From the sequence record SRR2962707_3459: 41,562 bases of DNA; one strand, written 5' to 3'. Shown one piece after another: positions 9,660 to 19,030 of this stretch. Under the pieces are notes generated by a model. That model saw only the letters and a program-made list of their open reading frames with translations, searched no databases and was not told the origin of the DNA. A program made the position numbers and the translations under genes. The first letter of the stretch is position 1; the number at the start of each line of letters is the position of its first letter.

Positions 9660-12600
9660 ATGCCAATTACCGATGTGATGACGCGAGACCGTCATGTTAT
9701 AGCTCGCAAACAAGAGCAATTAGCCAAACGTAAGAAAGACGGTTTGCCGTTTGATCGCATGGCCTCTGAGCTTGAGGCCATGGTGGAAAAATCTGCGGCC
9801 TTGTATCAGGCTCGATTAGGTCGCTTACCCAAGATCACCTACGATGAAAGCTTGCCTGTTGCTGCGCGATCTGAAGAAATTATCAAGGCGATACAAGACA
9901 ACCAAGTCGTGATCATCGCGGGGGAAACCGGCTCGGGTAAAACCACACAACTGCCTAAAATGTGTCTTGAGGCGGGTCGTGGTATTGCAGGGCTGATTGG
10001 TCATACCCAGCCGCGTCGTATTGCGGCGCGCAGCGTGGCCGATCGTATCAGTGATGAGATGCAAGTTAAGCTCGGTGAACAGGTTGGTTTTCAGGTTCGA
10101 TTTATCGATGAGAGCAATGAAGAAACGCTGATTAAGTTGATGACAGACGGTATTTTGTTGGCGGAAATTCAGCAAGACAAATTGCTGTATAAGTACGACA
10201 CCATCATCATCGATGAAGCCCATGAGCGTAGCCTAAACATTGATTTCTTATTGGGTTATTTAAAGCGCGTGTTGGCTGCAAGGCCCGATTTGAAGGTCAT
10301 AGTGACCTCTGCCACCATTGATGTTGAGCGTTTTTCTGCGCACTTTAACAACGCACCCATTATTGAAGTATCGGGTCGAACTTACCCTGTTGAAGTACGT
10401 TATCAGCCTTTGCTGAGCAAATCTGACTCCGAAGCGCTGGACGAAGACCAAAGTATGGAGCAAGGCATCTTGGATGCCGTCGAGCTACTGATTCAAGAAG
10501 AAAAGCAATCGGGCTATCGCGGTGCAGGCGACATTTTGGTGTTTTTGGCAGGAGAGCGAGAAATTCGTGAAACCGCCGAGATTCTACGTCGTGCTGAACT
10601 GAGAAACACCGAAGTCTTGCCCTTGTATGCGCGCCTCAGCACCAGTGAGCAGCAGCGGATTTTTAAGTCTCATTCTGGGCGTCGCATTGTGCTGTCGACC
10701 AACGTGGCTGAAACCTCGTTAACAGTGCCAGGCATTCGTTATGTGATTGACCCAGGGTTGGCGCGAATGAGTCGCTACAGTGTGCGCTCTAAAGTGCAGC
10801 AGTTACCGATAGAGAAAATCAGTCAGGCGAGTGCCAATCAGCGTGCTGGGCGTTGTGGTCGAGTGGCGGAAGGGGTCTGTATTCGTTTGTACGATGAGGC
10901 CGATTTTGCGGCTCGATCTGAGTTCACCGATCCGGAAATATTTCGTACTAACCTAGCGTCGGTTATTTTGCAGATGGCCAATCTACGCTTAGGCCCGGTT
11001 GAGAAGTTTCCGTTTGTAGAAATGCCAGAACGTCGCATGATCAACGACGGTTATCGTGCGTTGACAGAGCTTGGGGCATTAAAAGGTGAGCAGCTAACGC
11101 CGATTGGCCGTCAGTTGGCTAAGTTACCGATCGACCCTAAATTGGGGCGTATTCTGATCGCGGCTGAAAAGCAATCCGTGTTAAAAGAAGTGGCGGTGAT
11201 TGTCAGTGCCTTGTCTGTTCCTGATCCGCGTGAGCGTCCTCAGGATAAGAAAACCCAGTCTGATCAAGCTCACGCTCAAGACAAGGACGAAGATTCTGAC
11301 TTTGTGGTGTTCCTCAATTTGTGGGAGCGTTTCGAAGAACAACGCCAAGCCTTGTCACAAAACCAGTTGCGCCAATATTGTCGTAAGCAATTTTTGAATT
11401 TTATGCGGATGCGAGAATGGCGTGATATTCATCGTCAAATCTTGATCGCCTGCAAGCAGTTGGGCTTTAAAGAAGTCGACCATGAGAATCGTAATTACGA
11501 AGCGATTCACCGTTCCTTGTTGGCTGGCTTGTTTACCCAAGTTGCGAACAAAATGGAAGACAGCAAAGAGATGCTGGGCTGCCGCTCTCGTAAAGTGTCT
11601 ATTTTTCCAGGCTCCATGTTGTTTAAAAAGCCACCGCAATGGGTGATGGCGGCCGAGTTGGTTGAAACCAGCAAGCTTTATGCGCGTGTTGTGGCGCGTA
11701 TTGATCCTGAATGGATTGAAGAGTTTGCCGAGCCATTTGTGAAAAGACAGTATTTTGATCCGCACTTTGAGCGCAATCAAGGTCGTGTCATGGCTCAGGA
11801 ACAAGTCTCTCTGTATGGGTTGATTATTGTTGCCAAACGACGCGTAGATTATGGTTTGATTGAGCCTGAAGAGGCGCGTGAAATATTGATCCGCAGTGGT
11901 TTGGTTGAAGGGCAGATGCGTACCAAGCAGGCTTTCTATCGTAAAAATAAAGCCTTAGTAGAGACCCTTGAAACCCAAGAAGCCAAATTGCGAAAGCGTG
12001 ATATTTTGGTCGACGACGAGGCGGTCTTTGCGTTCTACCATCAGCGAATTCCGCAAGATGTTCGTAATCAAAAAAGTCTTGAGTACTTTGCTAAGAAATC
12101 CCCAGATGCTTTGTTGATGACCCGTGATGATTTGATTAATCAAGACATCACTGTGGACGACATGGCGTTTCCAGATTCTTATGGTTTGAACGGTGTGGCG
12201 TTACCGATAGATTACCGTTTTGAGCCGGGCAAAGCGACGGACGGCGCCACACTGAAAGTCCCCGTTGGCTTGTTGCGTCAGCTCAGTCTTGAGGATTTAG
12301 GGTGGGCGGTTCCAGGCTTTATCAAAGAGCGTTGTGAAGCTTTGTTACGGGCTTTGCCGAAAGCGTTGCGCCGTCGTTTTGTGCCCATTCCTCAGTTCGT
12401 CGATCGTGTTTACCCAAATCTTTCCAAAGAGAAAGGGGACTTACTTGAGCAGTTAAGTTTGCAGATTAAGCGCGAAACCTTGATTGAAATCCCGCTGAAT
12501 GAATGGACGCCAGAGCGTTTAGAAACCCATCTGACTCTGACGTTAGAGGTGGTGGATGAACGCGGCAAAGTATTGGGCACAGGCAAAGACCTTGCTCAGC

Positions 12601-13535
12601 TTCAAACCCAGTTTAGTGACATGGTGGAAGAAAGCTTCGCTAAATTTGGCACCAAAGAACACGAGCAAGACGATTTAAGTCAGTGGCCAGATCAAGATAT
12701 TCCAGAGCGCCAAGAAATCCAGCAGGCGGGCATTAAAGTCACTGCGTTTCCTGCTTTGGTGGCGGTGGGTGAGTCTGTGTCATTGAAGATGTTCGATGAC
12801 CAAAATACGGCCTTAGAGTCACATCGTAAAGGGGTGATTGCGCTGCTAAAAATGGCGTTGCAAAAGGACATTCGTTATTTGCAGAAGAATTTACCGCACC
12901 TGAAAGAGTCCATGTTGATTTTTTCTCCGCTTGGGCAAAAAGAAGTGCTGCTCAATGATTTGCTTAATGCGATTTTAGATAAGGTCTTTCTCGATGGCCG
13001 TGATCTACCGCGAAGTAAAGCAGACTTTGAACACTGCATAGTGACGCACAAGCCTCAACTGGTGACGGTGGCCAACGAGATGGCGAACCAACTGTATCGT
13101 GTATTGTCTTCTTATCAGGGTGTGGCCAAAAAAATGAAAGGCAGTATACCTTTGCCTTGGACACGGGTTTATGGGGATATTAAACTCCAATTAGAAAATC
13201 TAATTTATCCTGGCTTTATTGGCAGTACGCCGCTCTTCTGGTTAGGGCAATTACCGCGCTACTTTAAAGGCATTGAAGTGCGCTTAGAGCGTTTTCAAAA
13301 CCATTTAAATAAAGAAAACAGCTATGTGACCCAATTAGAAGGTCTTTGGCAGACGTACTTAAAACAGAAAAAAGCCCATGATGATAAATCTCTTTATGAT
13401 CCTGAGCTGATAAAATACCGCTGGATGCTAGAAGAGTATCGAATTTCACTGTTTGCGCAATCTGTTGGCACGTTAGAGCCTATCTCAGACAAACGACTGA
13501 GCAAACAATGGCAAGGCGTCAAAAAACTTGTTTAG
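9660..13535 (+). CDS. hrpA: ATP-dependent RNA helicase HrpA
   Basis: GETGSGKTT, DEAH, SAT and QRAGRCGR motifs; C-terminal RWMLEEYRISLFAQ. Confidence 0.97.
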   Translation: MPITDVMTRDRHVIARKQEQLAKRKKDGLPFDRMASELEAMVEKSAALYQARLGRLPKITYDESLPVAARSEEIIKAIQDNQVVIIAGETGSGKTTQLPKMCLEAGRGIAGLIGHTQPRRIAARSVADRISDEMQVKLGEQVGFQVRFIDESNEETLIKLMTDGILLAEIQQDKLLYKYDTIIIDEAHERSLNIDFLLGYLKRVLAARPDLKVIVTSATIDVERFSAHFNNAPIIEVSGRTYPVEVRYQPLLSKSDSEALDEDQSMEQGILDAVELLIQEEKQSGYRGAGDILVFLAGEREIRETAEILRRAELRNTEVLPLYARLSTSEQQRIFKSHSGRRIVLSTNVAETSLTVPGIRYVIDPGLARMSRYSVRSKVQQLPIEKISQASANQRAGRCGRVAEGVCIRLYDEADFAARSEFTDPEIFRTNLASVILQMANLRLGPVEKFPFVEMPERRMINDGYRALTELGALKGEQLTPIGRQLAKLPIDPKLGRILIAAEKQSVLKEVAVIVSALSVPDPRERPQDKKTQSDQAHAQDKDEDSDFVVFLNLWERFEEQRQALSQNQLRQYCRKQFLNFMRMREWRDIHRQILIACKQLGFKEVDHENRNYEAIHRSLLAGLFTQVANKMEDSKEMLGCRSRKVSIFPGSMLFKKPPQWVMAAELVETSKLYARVVARIDPEWIEEFAEPFVKRQYFDPHFERNQGRVMAQEQVSLYGLIIVAKRRVDYGLIEPEEAREILIRSGLVEGQMRTKQAFYRKNKALVETLETQEAKLRKRDILVDDEAVFAFYHQRIPQDVRNQKSLEYFAKKSPDALLMTRDDLINQDITVDDMAFPDSYGLNGVALPIDYRFEPGKATDGATLKVPVGLLRQLSLEDLGWAVPGFIKERCEALLRALPKALRRRFVPIPQFVDRVYPNLSKEKGDLLEQLSLQIKRETLIEIPLNEWTPERLETHLTLTLEVVDERGKVLGTGKDLAQLQTQFSDMVEESFAKFGTKEHEQDDLSQWPDQDIPERQEIQQAGIKVTAFPALVAVGESVSLKMFDDQNTALESHRKGVIALLKMALQKDIRYLQKNLPHLKESMLIFSPLGQKEVLLNDLLNAILDKVFLDGRDLPRSKADFEHCIVTHKPQLVTVANEMANQLYRVLSSYQGVAKKMKGSIPLPWTRVYGDIKLQLENLIYPGFIGSTPLFWLGQLPRYFKGIEVRLERFQNHLNKENSYVTQLEGLWQTYLKQKKAHDDKSLYDPELIKYRWMLEEYRISLFAQSVGTLEPISDKRLSKQWQGVKKLV

Positions 13536-13547
13536 GAAACATAATTA

Positions 13548-14675
13548 ATGAAGGCAATGTTTATGAATAGGTCGACGACCTGGTTAGTGGCTGCGTTACT
13601 CAGTGTCACCTTGAGCGCTTGTGCGAGTAAGTCCCCTGATGGGGCTCAATCGTCAGAAGTCGCTGCACCGGTAGCGGAAGTGCCCAGCGAAAAAGTGAAT
13701 GGACAGGATCATCAAGCAAAGGATGTTGCAAGCAACACCGCCAAAGGTGTGGCAGACGATGAAGGGTCATGGGACGATGATTCGACCGACGATAGCGTGG
13801 TAACAGACCCAGCAGATCCATGGGAGGGTTTTAACCGCGCTATGTTCTCCTTTAATGACACCTTGGATGTGTATTTTTTGAAGCCGATTGCGAAAGGCTA
13901 TAAAAATGTCACCCCGGAATTTATGCAAACAGGCGTGAGTAATTTCTTCTCTAATATAGGCGAGATCTCGAACCTGACCAACAGTGGTTTACAAGGTAAG
14001 AAGAATGCTTTTGTGGCTTCTACATGGCGCTTTGTTATCAACTCAACCGTCGGTATTTTTGGCTTATTTGACGTGGCTTCCTCGTTAGGGGTACGCAAAT
14101 ACGATGAAGATTTCGGTCAGACGTTGGGCTATTGGGGCGTTTCTTCCGGGCCTTATTTGGTGTTGCCTTTCTTAGGCCCCTCTACGGTTCGTGATGCGGG
14201 CGGTACGGCTGTCGACTTCTTCAATTATGACCCTGTGGATGAATTGGACCTTAATCGGGATCAAAATATCGGTCGTTGGTCTTTGTACGTGGTGCAAAAA
14301 CGCGCCAGCTTCCTTTCTGCTGAATCGCTTATTATTGGCGATCGTTACAGTTTCATTCGTGATGTGTATTTGCAAAATCGAGAGAATGAAGTGTATGACG
14401 GGCATCCACCCTCTAAAGCGGCGAAAAAAGCGCACGCCGACAGCGGCGATAGCTGGGGGGATGACACAGGAGCTGACAGCTGGGGAGATGATGATAATAC
14501 CGACAGTTGGGGCGATGACACAGGTACAGACAGCTGGGGGGATCCAAGCGATGACGCGCCCGCGGTTGAGGCTAGTGTTAAGGCCGCGCCTGCTGATACT
14601 CAGCTCGAGGCCAACAGCACAGGAACCAAGGTGGTGCAAAAAACCGATGACTCGGTGACGGACGACGCACCTTAG
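13548..14675 (+). CDS. mlaA: MlaA/VacJ family outer-membrane lipoprotein with acidic N- and C-terminal extensions
   Basis: Lipobox LSA-C, DPWEGFNRAMF, EDFGQTLGYWG, GPYLVLPFLGPSTVRD; exact start uncertain (13548, 13557 or 13563). Confidence 0.93.
   Translation: MKAMFMNRSTTWLVAALLSVTLSACASKSPDGAQSSEVAAPVAEVPSEKVNGQDHQAKDVASNTAKGVADDEGSWDDDSTDDSVVTDPADPWEGFNRAMFSFNDTLDVYFLKPIAKGYKNVTPEFMQTGVSNFFSNIGEISNLTNSGLQGKKNAFVASTWRFVINSTVGIFGLFDVASSLGVRKYDEDFGQTLGYWGVSSGPYLVLPFLGPSTVRDAGGTAVDFFNYDPVDELDLNRDQNIGRWSLYVVQKRASFLSAESLIIGDRYSFIRDVYLQNRENEVYDGHPPSKAAKKAHADSGDSWGDDTGADSWGDDDNTDSWGDDTGTDSWGDPSDDAPAVEASVKAAPADTQLEANSTGTKVVQKTDDSVTDDAP
14448..14543 (+). repeat. 27-bp-period tandem repeat encoding DSWGD x4 in the mlaA tail
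   Basis: Units start at 14448, 14475, 14502 and 14529, each beginning GA(C/T)AG(C/T)TGGGGNGAT. Confidence 0.9.
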
Positions 14676-14734
14676 AACGGCGAGAATAAGACGCAAGATT
14701 AATCTTTTCGATTCAGCCAAATGAACCTAATACG

Positions 14735-14767
14735 AAGCCTGACGAGTGACCCTCGGCAGGCTTTTTT
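14735..14767 (+). terminator. Intrinsic terminator of hrpA-mlaA
   Basis: AAGCCTGACGAG-loop-CTCGGCAGGC followed by TTTTTT. Confidence 0.8.
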
Positions 14768-14865
14768 ATGCTTGTTGATGCTGTCTTCTGTGCTTTGCTG
14801 TGTGGCATCGGCCGCTAGAATTGAGTTACAGTGATTCGTCTAAATATGGTGAACAAGGAACGGGT

Positions 14866-15561
14866 ATGAAGACGATTGGTGTGATTGGTGGGATGAGTTG
14901 GGAGTCAACCGCAAGCTATTATTCTGCGTTGAATCAAGGCGTGGCTCAGTCGTTAGGGCAATGGCATTCGGCTAAAGTCATCATTAACAGTGTTGATTTT
15001 AAAGACATCAAAGAGCAGCAGCAAAATGATGAGTGGGACCAGATGGCGATGACTTTGTCACAGGCGGCCATCTCGCTAGAAAGAGCAGGCGCGGACTTTT
15101 TTCTGATTGCGACCAATACCATGCACAAAATAGCCGATGCGGTCGCGAACAGTGTGTCGATTCCTTTTATCCATATCGCAGACTCCACTGGTGAAGCCTT
15201 GGCCGCCTCAGGCGTGACAAAGGTTGGTTTGTTGGCAACGCGATTTACCATGGAAGAAGGCTTCTATAAAAATCGCCTTAGAGAAAAGTTTGCCATTGAA
15301 TCACTGGTGCCAAACAAGCAAGATCGGCAGTTTGTGCATGAGGTGATTTACAACGAACTGTGTCTAGGGAAAATCAACGACGCCGCTCGCCAAGAGTATC
15401 TTCGTATCATCGACGATTTGGTTGCAAAGGGTGCTCAAGCCATTATTTTAGGCTGCACTGAAATCGCTTTATTAGTAAAACAGGAAGACACAAGCATTCG
15501 GCTTTTTGATACGGCACAGTTGCATTGTGATGCGGCGGTAAAATGGGCGCTGCAAGACTGA
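14866..15561 (+). CDS. Aspartate/glutamate racemase family protein (YgeA/RacX-like)
   Basis: MKTIGVIGGMSWEST, ATNTMH, LGCTEI; ATG at 14866 after AAGGAA. Confidence 0.92.
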   Translation: MKTIGVIGGMSWESTASYYSALNQGVAQSLGQWHSAKVIINSVDFKDIKEQQQNDEWDQMAMTLSQAAISLERAGADFFLIATNTMHKIADAVANSVSIPFIHIADSTGEALAASGVTKVGLLATRFTMEEGFYKNRLREKFAIESLVPNKQDRQFVHEVIYNELCLGKINDAARQEYLRIIDDLVAKGAQAIILGCTEIALLVKQEDTSIRLFDTAQLHCDAAVKWALQD

Positions 15562-15574
15562 CAGTGCGAATCAA

Positions 15575-16132
15575 TCAGCCAAGATAGCGCTCGTCTTTTG
15601 CCACATTTCGCGTCACAACAGCGTTGGCGCCGATAATGGCGTTGTCGCCAATGCTGATGCCGGGGAGGATTTTTGCTCCGCCGCCAATCCAAACCTTGTT
15701 GCCGATGGAAATAGGCTTGGCGTGGCATTCGCCTGAGGCTCTGGCTGCGGCTTCCCGTGGGTGATCCACCGTATAGAGATGCACGCCAGGTCCTAGTAAG
15801 ACATCGTTACCAATGGTGATGCTGGCGCTGTCTAAGAAAACGCAGTTAAAGTTAATGTAGCAGCGCTCACCGATGTGAATTTGCGTGCCGTAATCGCATT
15901 GGAAGCCAGGTTCTATGACTAGGCTGCCAAATGCTGCAAAGAGTCGTGTTATATGGCGTAGGTTGCCTTTGCTTGGGTGGGCGTTGTATTTGGCGCACGC
16001 TAAGCGCGCGGCTTCACGTCTTAGACGTAAATCGGTGTCTATGCCATTGAAGGCGTGTCCTTGGCGCATTTTGTCGAATTCGGTGATGTTATCGCTCAAT
16101 GGGGTTCTCTCAATCGCTTGCTTTGAAGGCAT
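15575..16132 (-). CDS. Sugar (maltose/galactoside) O-acetyltransferase, left-handed beta-helix family
   Basis: IEPGFQCDYG, INFNCVFLD, VWIGGGAKILPG hexapeptide repeats; true start may be the TTG at 16099. Confidence 0.9.
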   Translation of the reverse strand: MPSKQAIERTPLSDNITEFDKMRQGHAFNGIDTDLRLRREAARLACAKYNAHPSKGNLRHITRLFAAFGSLVIEPGFQCDYGTQIHIGERCYINFNCVFLDSASITIGNDVLLGPGVHLYTVDHPREAAARASGECHAKPISIGNKVWIGGGAKILPGISIGDNAIIGANAVVTRNVAKDERYLG

Positions 16133-16159
16133 AAAAAACGCGACCTAGGCCGCGTTTTT
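16133..16159 (-). terminator. Intrinsic terminator of dusA-tal
   Basis: AAAAAACGCG-ACCTAGGC-CGCGTTTTT inverted repeat downstream of the tal stop. Confidence 0.75.
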
Positions 16160-16194
16160 ATCGTGATTATCTGTTCGCTAAGCGTGTTAGCCTA

Positions 16195-17145
16195 TTACAG
16201 CATCGCCACTAACGTTGTTTCTAGTTTGCGTTGGTCAGCGGCAAAGTTGCGAATGCCTTCAGCAAGTTTCTCAGTGGCCATTGCGTCTTCGTTCATTGCC
16301 CAACGGAAAGCTTGTTCTGTGATTGCTTCTGGAGCAGGTTTCACCTCAGTAGCAGGGATCAGTTTGCGCTCTAGTGGACTTTCGTCTTTTTTCAGTTCTT
16401 CAAGCAGTGCAGGGCTGATTGTTAGGCGGTCACAGCCAGCAAGTTGCTCGATTTCACCGATGTTACGGAAGCTTGCACCCATTACCACAGTGTTGTAACC
16501 GTGCTCTTTGTAGTAGTTGTAGATTTCAGTAACAGACACAACGCCTGGATCAGTTTCTGCTGTGTAGTCTTCGCCTGTTGATTTTTTGTACCAATCAAGA
16601 ATACGACCAACGAATGGAGAGATCAGGAACACACCCGCTTCGGCACAGGCTTGCGCTTGAGCGAAAGAGAAAAGCAGTGTTAGGTTACAGTTGATGCCAT
16701 CTTTTTCTAGTTGCTCTGCAGCCTTGATGCCTTCCCATGTAGAAGCGGCTTTGATCAAGATGCGGTCACGAGAAACGCCAGCTTCTTCGTAAAGCTTGAT
16801 TAAACGGTGGGCTTTTTCGATCGTACCTTGAGTGTCGTATGACAAACGTGCGTCTACTTCAGTAGAGATGCGGCCTGGAACGTATTTAAGAATTTCAGTG
16901 CCGACGATTACCGCTAGTTTGTCACTTGCGTCAATCAGTTGCTGGTCTTTGTCGTTACTCTGTTCTTTGGCCCAAGCAACCGCTTGATCTAGGAAAGGAG
17001 CGTATTCAGGGATTTGTGAAGCTTTAAGCATCAAAGAAGGGTTTGTGGTCGCATCTTCTGGCAAGAACGCTTTGATTGCCGTGATATCGCCGGTGTCAGC
17101 CACAATGGTAGTGAACTCTTTTAATTGAGATAACTTGTTGCTCAT
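16195..17145 (-). CDS. tal: Transaldolase
   Basis: [43 protein letters not shown]. Confidence 0.97.
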   Translation of the reverse strand: MSNKLSQLKEFTTIVADTGDITAIKAFLPEDATTNPSLMLKASQIPEYAPFLDQAVAWAKEQSNDKDQQLIDASDKLAVIVGTEILKYVPGRISTEVDARLSYDTQGTIEKAHRLIKLYEEAGVSRDRILIKAASTWEGIKAAEQLEKDGINCNLTLLFSFAQAQACAEAGVFLISPFVGRILDWYKKSTGEDYTAETDPGVVSVTEIYNYYKEHGYNTVVMGASFRNIGEIEQLAGCDRLTISPALLEELKKDESPLERKLIPATEVKPAPEAITEQAFRWAMNEDAMATEKLAEGIRNFAADQRKLETTLVAML

Positions 17146-17150
17146 TGCTC

Positions 17151-18188
17151 TTATCCTTTACGTTGATGATTTTTGACCAATTCAATGGCCTCTAATAATA
17201 CGTCTATCTTAGCGTCAATTTTATGACCTTTTTCTGAAAGATAGCGTCGGAATTGTTTGCCGCCAGGCTCGCCTTGGAAAATACCCAAAATATGGCGAGT
17301 AAGGTGAGACAGTCGGGCGCCTTCTGCCATTCTGCCTTCCATGTGTAAGACAAATTTTTCGAGTGCCTCAAAACGGTTGGCAACCAAGGGGTGTCCACCA
17401 AAAATTTGCGCGTCTATTTGGCTTAAAATCCAAGGGTTGTGGTAGGCCTCACGACCAACCATAACACCGTCAACATGAGTGAGTTGCTCTTGGCACTCCG
17501 CTATTGTCTTAATGCCACCGTTTATAATGATTTCAAGGTCTGGAAAGTCTCGCTTTAACTGATGTACGTAATCGTATTTCAGTGGCGGTACTTCGCGGTT
17601 TTCTTTCGGGCTCAAACCTTGAAGAATGGCTTTTCGAGCGTGCACAATAAAGGTGTTGGTGCCAGTGGTGGCTATGTCACCAACAAAGTCTCGAACAACA
17701 CTGTATTCTTCTTGGTCGTCAATGCCAATACGATGCTTGATGGTCACAGGAATACTGCAAGCGTCCTGCATCGCGCGCATGGCGTCTTTGACTTTGTCTG
17801 GGTGTTCCATCAAACAAGCGCCAATCATACTGTTTTGTACGCGATCGCTTGGGCAACCTACATTTAGGTTGACTTCATCAAAGCCTGCTTGCTCCGCCAA
17901 TTTTGCGCATTTACTCAAATCGACCGGATTAGAGCCACCAAGCTGCAAGGCAATAGGGTGCTCGCATTCGTCATAATGTAAGAAACGTTCAGGATTGTTG
18001 CCATACAGCAAGGCGCCTGTTGTCACCATCTCGGTATAAAGCAAGGTGTTTTTGCTTAACGTGCGAGCGAAGACCCGGTAATCACTTGTCGTCCAATCCA
18101 GCATGGGTGCTACTGAGAAGCGTCGATCGAGCTTAGTGCTTGATGTTAAAGGTGTTTCGCTATGATTGATGGTATCTGTTGCTGTCAT
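17151..18188 (-). CDS. dusA: tRNA-dihydrouridine(20/20a) synthase DusA
   Basis: [44 protein letters not shown]; likely ATG at 18188. Confidence 0.96.
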   Translation of the reverse strand: MTATDTINHSETPLTSSTKLDRRFSVAPMLDWTTSDYRVFARTLSKNTLLYTEMVTTGALLYGNNPERFLHYDECEHPIALQLGGSNPVDLSKCAKLAEQAGFDEVNLNVGCPSDRVQNSMIGACLMEHPDKVKDAMRAMQDACSIPVTIKHRIGIDDQEEYSVVRDFVGDIATTGTNTFIVHARKAILQGLSPKENREVPPLKYDYVHQLKRDFPDLEIIINGGIKTIAECQEQLTHVDGVMVGREAYHNPWILSQIDAQIFGGHPLVANRFEALEKFVLHMEGRMAEGARLSHLTRHILGIFQGEPGGKQFRRYLSEKGHKIDAKIDVLLEAIELVKNHQRKG

Positions 18189-18341
18189 TAATTTAGTCTT
18201 TCGTGATCGAATATGGGGGTTGTTGGCATGAAAATAGAACAATGCCGAGTAACAAAATGGCAGCAATTGCCTGGTTACGTTACTTCGGTGACGCCACGAA
18301 CCTTAAACACTGATTATGTCATAAAATTACAGGATTGTGGT

Positions 18342-18405
18342 ATGGCTACCTGCACTATAGAGAAAAAGAACACTTGAACTTCGCTATTGCTGCGCAATGT
18401 TGGAT
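18342..18405 (+). pseudogene. Probable N-terminal stub of a dusA-associated integrase
   Basis: AGGA SD, then MATCTIEKKNT-stop, then in the +1 frame ELRYCCAML; divergent from dusA; resembles my recollection of the family N-terminus (MAxYxIEKR...RYRC), not verified by search. Confidence 0.45.
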
Positions 18406-18549
18406 TGAGAGTGGTAGGAGGGGAAGATGTTTGTTTTCTTCATGACTTTATATAAATTACTAAGTGAAAGTTAGGAGTAAGAGAGCGGTAGATTATTTTG
18501 ATCTCTCCATGACCAAATTTCACTTGGTCATTCGTGATGGTTAAAACTA

Positions 18550-18569
18550 TACTGTATGTATATACAGTA
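18550..18569. promoter_or_regulatory. LexA (SOS) box upstream of umuD1
   Basis: TACTGTATGTATATACAGTA fits CTG-N10-CAG and overlaps a TATACT -10-like hexamer. Confidence 0.93.
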
Positions 18570-18583
18570 TTTTTGGTGTGGCT

Positions 18584-19030
18584 ATGCGAGTGACTTATCT
18601 TGGGGTGTCTCAGTCCCAATCTTTTATTGATGCGAACAGTGTGCGGATTCCGCTTTATGTGGAGTCTGTGTCGGCGGGCTTTCCTTCGCCTGCTCAGGAT
18701 TTTGTTGAAAAATCCTTAGACTTAAATGAGTTCTGTGTGGCGCATCCGATGGCGACCTTTTACGTGCGCGCTCAGGGGGATTCGATGATCGATGCGGGCA
18801 TTCATTCGGGCGATGTCTTGGTCGTTGATCGATCATTAACGGCGCGCCATGGGGACATTGTGATCGCCTGCATTCATGGGGAAATGACGGTGAAGATGCT
18901 GGAACTTAACCCCAATGTGCTGCTTCGCCCAAAGAACAAAGCTTATAAAGCGATTCATATCACCGAAGAGTCTGAGTTGGAAATCTTTGGTGTGGTCGTG
19001 GGGGTTGTCCGTAGGTACGAGCGCGGTTGA
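18584..19030 (+). CDS. umuD: Pol V subunit UmuD (S24 peptidase), cleavable
   Basis: VSAGFPSPAQD Ala-Gly cleavage site, GDSM catalytic Ser, TVK catalytic Lys; TGATG overlap with umuC. Confidence 0.95.
   Translation: MRVTYLGVSQSQSFIDANSVRIPLYVESVSAGFPSPAQDFVEKSLDLNEFCVAHPMATFYVRAQGDSMIDAGIHSGDVLVVDRSLTARHGDIVIACIHGEMTVKMLELNPNVLLRPKNKAYKAIHITEESELEIFGVVVGVVRRYERG

Noticed and set aside
14448-14543. CRISPR-like array
   Set aside because: 27-bp in-frame coding repeat with variable third positions, no unique spacers and no cas genes
14172-14720. Long antisense and alternate-frame ORFs (182 aa and 155 aa) over mlaA
   Set aside because: Shadow ORFs explained by the repetitive codon pattern of mlaA; no SD and no recognisable domain
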